The notes beneath the pieces are model-generated. The model did not search any database. It was given only the letters and a program-made list of their open reading frames with translations, and was not told the DNA's origin. Below, piece after piece: positions 1 to 10,297 of a stretch of 64,000 nt of DNA (within the stretch, counting starts at the first letter, position 1; each line of letters opens with the position of its first letter). The position numbers were made by a program, and so were the translations under genes. The stretch comes from Phaeosaccion multiseriatum (lineage: Eukaryota; Protista; Ochrophyta, other classes), in assembly GCA_965112735.1 (NCBI GenBank), contig OZ218958.1:1426001-1490000 (forward strand), in the 5' to 3' direction.

Positions 1-2806
1 AGCGGCCGCAGCGGCCGCATCAGAGGCAGCAGCAGAAGCAGCATCAGAAGCAGTACCAGTACCAGTACGCTGTTTTTTTTGGGCCCCCCTTCCCCCACCC
101 CTTCCTCCTCCTCCTCCTCCGGCTCCGCCTCCTCCTGTTGCAGCAGCAGCAGCAGCAGCAGCATTGCTGCTGCCACCTCCCTCCTCGTCGTCCTCTGCAC
201 CGCTATCACCTCCATCCCCCTCCTTCGACTCGTCTGCACCAGTGCCACTTTCCTTCGCCCTCGCCCGCTTCGCCCGTTTTTTCGCGTCCGCCTGCTGCGC
301 GCTCCATAAAATATACACGGTGGTCCACACCAGCTGATTGAAGCGGCGCTTGTGAGAATCAGAACGAGACTTGATGTCAAAGGCGTCTTTGACTGCGTCA
401 AACATGCTTCGCGCTTCTTCAAGCGTCGGCTTGTCCTTCCAGAGCCCCTTTTCTTTCGCCGCGGATTCAATCGCACCCATCAAACAGCAAAATTTTGACA
501 TCCTTCGCTTCTCCGCCCTCCCCTGCACGTCTGCTGTCGTGAATTCTCGAAGGCGAGGAGTGCCTGTCATCCAAGCATCCCAAGCAGCGCGCACAGTGAA
601 GCTAGGGACCTCAAAGTGCTCGGGAAGGGTATGCCACCGGCCGTTGTAGAGATACAGAGGTGGCTGATCTGCACCTGCACAAGAAGAAGAAGAGGGCGGG
701 GCGCTGCTCGAACCCTCACCAAGGCCCAGAGTGCCTGCCTGGTGAGCCGCGAGAAGGTCGCTGAGCCCACTCTTAGAAAAGGCTGCGTCGAGGGTCGTCT
801 GCAGGGCCCTGCTCACACCCAGACTGGTGACAGTGCCAGAGGCCTGTGCATTCTCCTCCAGAACGTCACGGATCAGCGTCTCCAAGTCGACCTTGATCGT
901 CTGGCCCAACACCTCAAGCTTGCCGCCTAGAGAGGCCACGCTGTCCGCCACGACTTGGAATTGCCTCAGCTGCACGACGTGGGGAGGAATCCCGGTTGCA
1001 GAAATCTCGTCCGTCTCGTCCGGATACTTCAGCACGACATGCTCTGAAAGGTCCGCCAGCAACCTTTGATCTCGGAAGAGCTGTGTCGTGAAAAGAGGGT
1101 GATTCTCCTGAAGAGTGCTGCGCAGAAAGCCGGCGTGGTACACCACACTGGCAAGACAGAATTCAGCCACCTTCCTCAATCTCAGCGGCACGTCCCTGAA
1201 GCAGCTCACAATGGCTCCCGCGAGCACGTCTTCAATGCCCTCCTTCGCTGTGCCGTCCACCTTGAGGCGCTGAAAAAAGGGAGGAAGCAATGCAAACTCC
1301 TTCGCTGAGATGTTCGCCCCGGAGGCAGCCCGGCCCACATACTGATCTGCTGCATTGATGGGGTTGAAGTAGATGCCCTGGACGCCGGGAAGAGACCATC
1401 CCATTCGAAGTTGCACAGCAATTGGGTTGGGAGCAGCGGACGAGCCGCTTGTGACGTGCGAGGCAGCGCCCTTGCGCCCAGAATGAGTGCCGAGGTCCTC
1501 TGGAGTCAGCCCCATGCCTTCCAAAATGGACGAGTTCGCCGCCGCCGTACGTCTGAGGAAGCCGCAATACCTATCGTACTGATTGTTGCCAGCGAACAGC
1601 GCGTTCTTCTCAAAACCAAAGCTCAGGAGGTAAACACCAAGCGCGAGGACGGGGCAGATCTCCGGCATGATTGGATTCGCGTAGACGTGGCGAGGATGTC
1701 GGGCCTTCTCTCCCAGCTGGTCGCCCTTTTGCTTCCCAAAATAGACGCAGAGCGCGTCCCCCTTCCACTCGAGATGATCGAGACAAATCTCCACACAGTT
1801 GGTGGCGCGGCACATCAGATTCCAGGAGAGAACGAGGAAGGGGTGGCCAAAGGCGCCCTGTCTGTGCCCGTTCTCACAGACTGCCGAGCTCAGCATTGCT
1901 GCGATGTACACAAGCGAAGGAAACAGTGGCAACCAAAGACGGCGTCAGGGCTAGGAAGTGAGTGGGGGGCAGTCAATGCATCAGCCACTTGTCTCCACCC
2001 ACTCCACTAGTTTCCACTGTCCACTGACTCCACACAGCTGGGAATTTACCTTTGGCAAGAGCGCGGTAGAGAGCGAACGGCATGGGAGCCTTCCCTTCTC
2101 TGACTTCGACATTTCCCTCCTGCTTCTCTCCTGCGATCGTCCTCTTCAGCCCCTTGGTGAGCGTCGCAAGGTCGCTTTGCAATTTGCGGTGCTGCTCCTC
2201 CTGATGGTAGTCTCTGTACAGATTGAAGAGTGCAGAGCGTTTCGACTGTGCACCGGCCTTGGATAAGCCCTTCGGCCCCTTCTTGACTTCAAGCAGCCAC
2301 CCGAAGAACGCGTCGGCTGTCAGCAGATGGAACAGCAAAGGGTGCGGCGCCCGAGGTGCTTGGATCAAGTGTGCCTTCACCCGCTTCGTCCACTGCGCCT
2401 CAGCCTTCTTCTTGGCCTTTGCTTGGGCTTTCGCTGCTCTCGACACCTCAGCCGGCGTCTGCTGTGCCGCTGCAGTGGCACCACCCGCTCCGCCAGGTGC
2501 GGCGGCTGCTGCGGCTGCTGCTGCTCTCCTCTGTGCTTCCTCCTCTTCCCCATCTTCCCCGTCTTCCTCCTCTTCCCCCTCCGGTGGAGCAAATGCTGTC
2601 CTGAAGTCAGGGTCCAGAAGCTCCGGGTGCTTGCGGAAGAGGTATCGGATCAGCATCGTGGAGGCGCATGCATATCCACTTCTCGAGCGTGGGGCGATGG
2701 TGTTGTTTCGGGGGTTCTGAATCTGCTGCTGCTCTGCAGTAAGCGGTGCTTCTTCCCCCTCTGCTGCTGGTGCTTCCGGAACCGTAGCAACAGCGACGTC
2801 AGCCAT
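1..2806 (-). mobile_element. CryptonS-type tyrosine-recombinase DNA transposon ORF (exon1 2806-2050, intron 2049-1899, exon2 1898 to beyond window start)
   Basis: Manual minus-strand translation: exon1 ends GLKRTIAGEKQEGNVEVREGKAPMPFALYRALAK; a phase-1 GT..AG intron joins it in frame to AMLSS...FLVLSWNLMCR...KQKGDQ...PRHVYANP...CPVLALG...LGTHSGRKG...LRMGWSLPGVQGIY...DQYVGR...FALLPPFF...ATGIPPHV...YNGRWHTLPEHFEVP...AWDAWMTG...KRRFNQLVWTTVY. These are stramenopile Crypton YR motifs. No stop occurs before position 1, which explains why the ORF track lacks exon 2. Confidence 0.88.
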
Positions 2807-3377
2807 GGTATACTCTGTTCTCCTGCAAATTCACGTGGGAGATGCCCCTCCCACCACTGGCATCAGCTGTTACAGCCGGGTATCGTCCGCGCAGCCGCTG
2901 CTCCTCTTACATAGCTGCACTGTGCAAATATGCTGATGCTGTGAATGAAATAAACTCCACGTGGGGAGGGGGGGGAGAATGCCCCACAACCAAAAAATAT
3001 TGGATAAAAAACTTGAAAAACGAGCATTTATGGCCCATAAAATATCCAAAACAATTATTTCGTGGGGCAGGTGCCCCACTTCACGGTACTATTAGACATA
3101 CGGACTACAGAGAACTGAACATAAAACTAATTACATTCTAATTACATTTGCAGGCATACGGGAAGCCACCTCACCCTGAATCCGACCCTGCTAGCAAGAG
3201 AAAGCAGCTCTACAGGAGGAGAATCAAGCAATACATGAGGTGCACAGGGCTCCACACGAGCAACAAAAAGGGAAGATTCAGGGCCCCTCCTTGGCGCCAG
3301 AGCACCGCCCAGTCCTCCAGGACCGCCGCACCCGCCCCTCCTCCTCGGCCCCTGACATGCTTCTGAGAGAGGCCAGC

Positions 3378-3458
3378 CCAGAAGCAGGAAGCAGGCCGGC
3401 TGGCGCCGGCCAGAAGCAGGAAGCAGGCCCTCTGGCGCCGGCCAGAAGCAGGAAGCAA
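3378..3458. repeat. 32-bp tandem repeat, about 2.5 copies (CCAGAAGCAGGAAGCAGGCCnnCTGGCGCCGG)
   Basis: Units start at 3378, 3410 and 3442. Confidence 0.85.
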
Positions 3459-3960
3459 GGGAGGGAGGGAGGGAGGGAGGGAGGGAGGGAGGGAGGGAGG
3501 GAGGGAGGGAGGGAGGGAGGGAGGGAGGGAGGGAGGGAGGGAGGGAGGGAAAGTGGAGGGATGGAGGGAATAGAAAGAAGGAAGAGAAGGAAGGAAGGAA
3601 TAGAAAGAAGGAAGAGAAGGAAGGAAGGAAGGAAGGAAGGAAGGAAGGAAGGAAGGAAGGAAGGAAGGAAGGAAGGAAGGAAGGAAGGAAGGAAGGAAGG
3701 AAGGAAGGAAGGAAGGAAGGAAGGAAGGAAGGAAGGAAGGAAGGAAGGAAGGAAGGAAGGAAGGAAGGAAGGAAGGAAGGAAGGAAGGAAGGAAGGAAGG
3801 AAGGAAGGAAGGAAGGAAGGAAGGAAGGAAGGAAGGAAGGAAGGAAGGAGGGAAGGGAGCATGGATGGAAGGAAGGAAGGAAGGAAGGAAGGAAGGAAGG
3901 AAGGAAGGAAGAAAGGAAGGAAGGAAATAAGGATGGATGGAATGAAGGATGGATGGAATG
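3458..3960. repeat. Compound (GGGA)n/(GGAA)n microsatellite
   Basis: Directly visible; source of the spurious EGRK/PSFL ORFs. Confidence 0.97.
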
Positions 3961-4151
3961 TAAGAATAGCAATCCCGTGAAATTTCAGTGGATAGCTGTC
4001 AGCCTAGCAAAAGGATGCCTTCTTACAGGAAGGAAGGATGGATGGAAGGATGGCTTTGTGAAGGCTATTTGTCGCCCACTTACTTACCGTCCTCCTTGTG
4101 TGGGTTGTCCCACATCCAGGAGGCCCAGTGGACCCCTCCTCAAAGGGGAGG

Positions 4152-4226
4152 AAAAAAAAAAAAAAAAAAAAAACATGTCCCCCTTGGGTGAAAAAAAAAA
4201 AAAAAAAAGGGCGAATGAGCTAAAAC
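4152..4226 (-). terminator. Oligo-T RNA polymerase III terminator runs downstream of tRNA-Phe
   Basis: Minus strand has TTTT a few nt after the tRNA, then long T tracts (plus-strand A runs at 4191-4208 and 4152-4173). Confidence 0.6.
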
Positions 4227-4231
4227 TCAAA

Positions 4232-4304
4232 CTCCTCGATCGTGGCTCGAACACGAGACCTCGACATCTTCAGTGTCGCGCTCTCCCAGCTGAGCTACCG
4301 AGGA
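4232..4304 (-). tRNA. trnF-GAA: tRNA-Phe (anticodon GAA), no intron
   Basis: Reverse complement folds as TCCTCGG TA GCTC-AGCTGGGA-GAGC G CGACA-CTGAAGA-TGTCG AGGTC TCGTG-TTCGAGC-CACGA TCGAGGA G; G20 and G37 typical of eukaryotic tRNA-Phe; T-runs downstream. Confidence 0.93.
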
Positions 4305-4879
4305 TCAGATGATGAGGACAGACGTTTTACTTGGCCTTTGAACAATTTTTCTTAAGAAACACCGAATTATCTCTGCGTTTTTCGCGATGATGCGAGCGTC
4401 TCGATGCATGACGGCAAACGCATCGAGTTCGTTACGGAAGATGAGTTTGAGTAACTGTAGGATGTGGTCGGAGCCATGCGGGGCAGCTCTTTGGCGTGCA
4501 CTCCAGGCTCCGCTTGGGCATGACTCTGAAGGAGGCCCTGGATGCCAAACTGAATGGAGCGGGGGGGGTGCGAGGCAGGCTCTGTATTGAAAGGTCAGGA
4601 AGAAGGGACTTTGCATCATTCCTGAACAGGCGGGGTGCGGCTACATAAGTAAGGGATTGGAGCTCTGTTCACCTTCCTCTGCCTTGTGTACTGCTCTTCA
4701 ACAGTGCTGCATTAGCGAGCATCAACTGCAAGAGGAACGCAGGCAGGCACGCAGGCACAGGGTGTCATCGATATATATGTATTTTGATTGGTATCAACGT
4801 ACAATGTACAATGCGACAATATCAGAAGCACACGTTCGGGAGAGGCCTCACACAAAGCACCAAGAGGGGGTGGAGAGAC

Positions 4880-6096
4880 TTAGCTCCCAAAACCCCAGCT
4901 CTCCTCCAGCTTCCGCACTATATCTCGCTCCATCTCCTCCAGGCTCATTCTCCGACCCCCATCCACAAACGACGAGCCTCCTCCACTGCTGCTCCTTGCG
5001 TCGTCACCAACAGACAGACTCCCCAGCAGGTCAAGCCCGACTGCTGCCGCTGCTGCTTCGGCTGCTTCCCCTGCTGCTTCTGCTCCTCCTTTTTTTTTTT
5101 CTACCTCTGCTGCTCTACTGCAAGAGAGCACAATCGTGTGCGCGTCAGTCTCCTCCGACGGCGGTTCGTTGGTACGTCCCTGTTGAGCCGGAGCAAACGC
5201 ACCACCCTCCCCAGCCTCGCCGCTTGGTAATGCAGACGGATGATTCAGAGGGGTCTCCTCCTCCTCCTCCGCCTCCTCCTCCTCCTCCTTTCGGTGGTGA
5301 AGGACACTGGCAAGCAGGGCGTCAACGTCTACGTCTTGTACTGCCTTAGGTGGTGCACCGCTCGCAACCTCCCGTGGCAGAGCCTCTGGCCCCACGCTAT
5401 CGACTTGCTCCTCCTCCTTCTCCTCCTGCTGCTCCTCCGAGTCGCGCGTCCCTTCAGCGTACTGAGCTAGTTGCTCGTACCTTTCTGCCGGCGCGAGCGT
5501 CTGCAGCAGTGCCAACGCCCCCCCTCTCCAGTCATCCTCCTCCTCCTCCTCCTCCTCCTCCTCCTCGCCGTCGTGGTGCTTCGAACTCTGTCCGTCTTCG
5601 TCTGCGGCCACAACCCCGACGTCCCTGCCCCCTCCAGGCTCTCCGGACGGAGCCCCTTCCTTGCCCCTCTTGCGCCTCTCGCTGCTTCTCACCTTGGCCC
5701 TCCCCCTCCCCCCACCAAGCCTCGCGGAGCATGCAGCGACCGCCCCAACCGAAGCGGGCGCGATGGGGTGGTAGCGGTGTTGGTGCTGGAGCTGGAGAGC
5801 GAGAGTCTGCCCGCGCTGCGGAGTAGTTCGAACCCGCCGCTTCTGGTGTTCAAGATGGCTCCGACTGCCTCCTCGAGAATCGCCTTGACCCCCCTTAGGC
5901 CGTTGTAATCCGGTACCAGCGTCGTCGTCGCCAGGAGTGTGATTCGACTCCTCGAAAGCCGCAGTGATCCACGCAACCCACGCCTCCCGCCTCTGCTGCC
6001 TGCTGGTCTCCTGACCCCGCCCCTTGTTGTCAACCTTGGGCGCGTTGCCCCCCCATGGCGGCCGAGTCGCAGTCTCGCCCTGCCGCTGTAGCACCA

Positions 6097-6136
<40 letters not shown>

Positions 6137-8706
6137 TCTCTGTCGCCTCCTCTGCCAGCTCACATACGCGCAACAGAACTCAAACACTTGTCGCAGCTCC
6201 TCGGCACCCACGTCAAGCGTAGGCACCGCGGACGACAGCGCCTCTGCAAAAGCCTCAGCCCCCAACTCTTCAGCGCGACGAACAACATCCTGTCGCCGCT
6301 GCTGCTCTCCCTGCTCCTGCTCCCTCTCCTGCCCCCCCTTCTGCGCTGCCTGGTGCGGCCCCTGCTGCTGCCCCTCTTCATCGTCTCGGTTGGTGTCCTC
6401 TTCCCCATGCACCATTTCCTTGCCAACGCCTCCTCCTCTGCAAGTCAAGCCTTCCCTCTCCGCTGCCCCCCTCTCGCTCTTGCTCTCACCGTCCTTAGGT
6501 TGCAAGAGAGAGTCCCTGTCACCCTCGTCACCAGCGCCCCTCTTCGTCCCTCTCGCTGCGGCTGGTCCTGCTCCTCCTCCTCCTGCCGCTACTGCTGCTG
6601 CTTTCTCTTCCATCACGCTCTTGACGTGCCGCACTAGGGTGCCCAGGGGTTGGCCCGTCTCCTTCGCGCACGCCCTCACACTTCGCATAGCTCCGAGCAC
6701 GACGAGTGATGGAGACGGACAATCCCCCACTTCCTCATGCTGACCCTGGCCCTGGCCCTGACCCTGACCCTGACCCTGGCCCTGACCCTGGCCCTGACCC
6801 TGACCCTGACCCTGGCCCTGACCCTGGCCCTGACCCTGGCCCTGACCCTGACCCTGGCCCTGACCCTGGCCCTGACCCTGGCCCTGACCCTGACCCTGAC
6901 CCTGACCCTGACCCTGGCCCTGACCCTGACCCTGACCCTGACCTTGACCTTGACCCTGATGAGCCCGACGAGCTGCCTGGCCGTGAAGCCCGTCGAGACT
7001 CTGGGCCAGGAGCACGTCGCTGCGCGGGCGACGGAGGCTGCTGCCAGCCCGCTCGTGTCCATACCTCTGCACATCCGCCTGTGCTGCGGCACCGCCACGC
7101 CTCTCTGCCGCAGCGCCATCGCCTCGTACTTCGACTGCTGAGGGGCGGAGCAGGCGCGCAGAGTGGTCTTTCCAGATGCGCCGGACCCTTCCTTTGAGCG
7201 CGAGGACACTCTCTTTGAGCAAGAGCCAGTCTTTCCTATCAGCCTCCGTCTGCTTGCTCGCCTGCGCCTTGGTCTCTGCCCGTTGCCTGGCCCCTAGCCT
7301 TCCCCGTGCTTCCTCCCTGCACAGCTCGAATCGACCTCTGGCCCTCTCCTGACGGTCGTGCTGTACAATCAAGAGTTTCTCGTGCCGCTCTTCGAGCGCC
7401 GCCACTTTCCATCGCAGCACGTCCTTACTCCTTCTCTCCCTCTGCTCCGCCTGTCTGGCCTCCAGCGCACTCATGGCCTGCTTAATCTCCACCACCTCCA
7501 GTAGCTTCTCCCTTCCCCCCCCTTCCGCCAGCTGCACGCCCTTTAGCTGCCGCTCAAGCTCGTCTTGCAATTGAAGAAGCCTCTTGGACGTGCCACCGCC
7601 CGTCACCGCCGCCCTTGCCGCCGCCGAAGCCGGACCCAAACCCGAACCCCCGTGCTCTTCCCCCTCCCCCTCCTCCTCCTCCTCCTCCTCCTCCTCCTCC
7701 GCCTCCTCGTGCTCTTGCTCAGGTCTTCCATACCCTCTCTCGCTTCCTGCTCCTTCCAAAGTGGTAGGGGTTGGCTGTATACCACAGGCATTGCTCATCC
7801 CCTCTGCGGCACGCAGCTCGAGGGCCTCCCGCCGCTGCTCCTCCACCACTCTCTGTGCGTGTTTCCGGTGCGACTCTCCCATGGACTTGAGCTGCGACGC
7901 CAGCTCCGCCTCCAGCTCAGCCACCTCGGCGTCTTGCCTCTGCTGGAGTGCCAGGTCCTCCGCGGCATTCAGCCCCGCCCTCTTCTTCTTTTGTGCCTCC
8001 CAGAGGCCTTCCTCTAACCGACGGAGCCTCTGCATCACCTCTCCAGCGGACATGTATTCCTCCCTCTTGGCAAGCTCCTCCAGCTCAGAGACCTGTTGGG
8101 GTATAAACAAGTTGTTAGGAATCGAGTTACAGATGAAAGAGATAGAAGGAGAGGAAGGTGTAGGGTTAGCGGTGAAGGAGGAAGAAGGAGAGGACAACGA
8201 GGAAGGAAAATAACCTCTCAACAGCCCAGTCTGCCTCACCTCGGCCTCCATCTGCCGCAGCAACACGTCCAGGTTGGAGGACTCCTTCGGCCGCCGACGC
8301 TTCCGTCGGGCAGTGGCAGCGACCTTGAGGGCGGCCGACGCAGGAGGCGGCGGCGGTAGATAGTTCTTGGATAGCAGGCTGGAGCGGAGACTCTGCGCTT
8401 GTGCCGTGGTCAACACGCTAGCCCCGAGCCAGGAAAAACCTCCTTTATTGGAACTGGCGTGACAACACCCTTCAGCCTCCCTGCGGTGGACCTTGCCCTG
8501 ATGGTGAAAGGCTCCTACCACCTCGTCCTCAAAGCGTACCTGCCGCCGCTCGCTCTTCGTCACCACCACGTCTTCATTCCCACTGCTCCACTCGTCGCAG
8601 CTGCTACTCGCTGGGCCCGGGAACTCCTGCTCCAGCCCCCCATTGAACCCGTAGATGCTTCTCTCGGGCGAGGGAATGAGGTCCAGGCTCATCACCAAAG
8701 ACATGC
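4880..8706 (-). CDS. Large low-complexity coiled-coil protein of unknown function with (GQ)n, poly-Q and poly-E tracts; probable start MSLVMSLDL near 8706
   Basis: Over 3.8 kb without a stop; heptad-rich segment (QVSELEELAKREEYMSAGEVMQRLRRLEE...SKRLLQLQDELERQLK...) with a UVR-like helix pair. The ORF-track extension to 9214 crosses microsatellite and overlaps the next gene, so it is probably not translated. Confidence 0.6.
6741..6959. repeat. (CCCTGA/CCCTGG)n hexamer array encoding (GQ)n on the minus strand
   Basis: About 35 hexamer units directly visible. Confidence 0.95.
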
Positions 8707-8901
8707 TCAGCGCCGTAGGTCCTTGTATCCTGCCACAGGCCTTGTAAAGCCCGAGCTGAGCTCCTTCCAAAGCAAAGGGGGGGGGGCTTAACGACCTGCC
8801 CGCCGTCGGATCGCTTTTTTTTTTTGCCTCTTCTCCCTCTCCGTCTCTCTCTCTCTCCTCCTCCTCTCCCCCTCCCTCTCTCCCCCTCCCTCTCCCTCTC
8901 C

Positions 8902-8936
<35 letters not shown>

Positions 8937-9044
8937 CCTCTTTTTCTCACACACCCTCTCTCTATCACACACACCCCCCCTCTCTCTCTCTCTCCCTCTC
9001 CCTCCTGCTCCTCCCCTCTCTCACTCACTTCTCTACTTTCTCCG

Positions 9045-10258
9045 ATGAGTGGGTGGGCCACGGGCCGGGGTGGACAGCCATCACCATCCTCTTTCGCGGC
9101 GGTGCTGAAAAGTCTGCGCCAGGCGCCCTTCTCCCAGTGGAGCCGCGTCGCTTTGCTGCTGGACGATGCGTCTGCCGAAGCACTGCGATGGGCAGGAGGG
9201 CTCACCGCGGTCACTTGTCAGCTGGGCATTAGCACAGCCCTCAGCCTCAACGACCCCGCGGCCGCGGCAGGTGCGACGACGGGATGTACGCGTGGTTTGG
9301 TGCTTGTGAGCTCCTTCCTTTGGGATGCGGAGGCCTCCATCCTGCAAACGGCGCGGAGGATGCGGCTCAGGGAGGTGGTCGTGGGGAGCGTGCTGACGGA
9401 GCGAGCCCACTCCTGCCATCCGCAGGCGGCGGCGCTGACGGCCTCGTCGGCCACGGCGGCAGCAGCAGGAGCAGGAGCAGGAGGAGGGGGAGGAGGAGGA
9501 GGAGGAGGAAGCGATACGGCAGCCTCGTTCGCCTCCATTGCCCGCGATCTGCAAGAGTCATTGCAACGCATGCTGAGGATCGACGCGCAGAGCGACCGCA
9601 GCGGCAGCAGCAAGGGCAGAGGGCAAGGGGGAGGAGGGGGGGAGGAAGACTGGGCCGTCTCTGTCACGGTGATACACGTGCCATTGTACGTTAGTATGCT
9701 TCTCCCGCAGCCGCAGTGCCCCCTCTTTGTGATGAGCAACGTGGCCTGCTCCCGCGCCTTCCCCATCGTGCTCCCCTCTTCCTCCTCCTCCTCCTCCAGC
9801 AGCAGCAGCTCTTCTCTCCTGGAGAGCTTGCCCCAGGCGAAGCGCTTGCTCTACCGTCTCTTGGCTCACAATCTAGCCGGGGCCCTGCAGTGGCAACTCA
9901 ACCTCGACGTGCGGGGCTCGATCTTCAGCCTGGGCCCCACCTCCTCGCTCATCGCCAATACCCTCGCCTCAGAGGTCGAAGCCATCAGCAGCAGCAGCAG
10001 CAGCAGTAGCAGTAGCAGTGGCAGTGACGGAGGAGGAGGGGGTGGAGCGATCCCCGGTTTTGGAGCGGGGGCGGACCGTCTTCGGAGGCCGAAAAAAGCC
10101 AAGGCCGCCGTTGTGCTTGTGGACCGCACTCTAGACATGGCCTCGCCGTGCGGACAGCAGGGAGACACGCTCCTGGGCAGGATACTTGCGGCATTGCCTC
10201 GCACCGGAGGAATGGGCATGGACGGTGCCACAGGGACAGGGGCAGGAGGGGGCTTCTC

Positions 10259-10297
<39 letters not shown>

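Noticed and set aside
3142-3980. ORFs of 194-276 aa with PSFL/EGRK repeats
   Set aside because: Translations of stop-free (GGAA)n/(GGGA)n microsatellites.
8707-9214. Real antisense coding overlap between the 1444-aa ORF and the SCFD2-like gene
   Set aside because: The extension starts at a non-ATG codon and crosses CT/CA microsatellite; a divergent gene pair with a short shared promoter is simpler.
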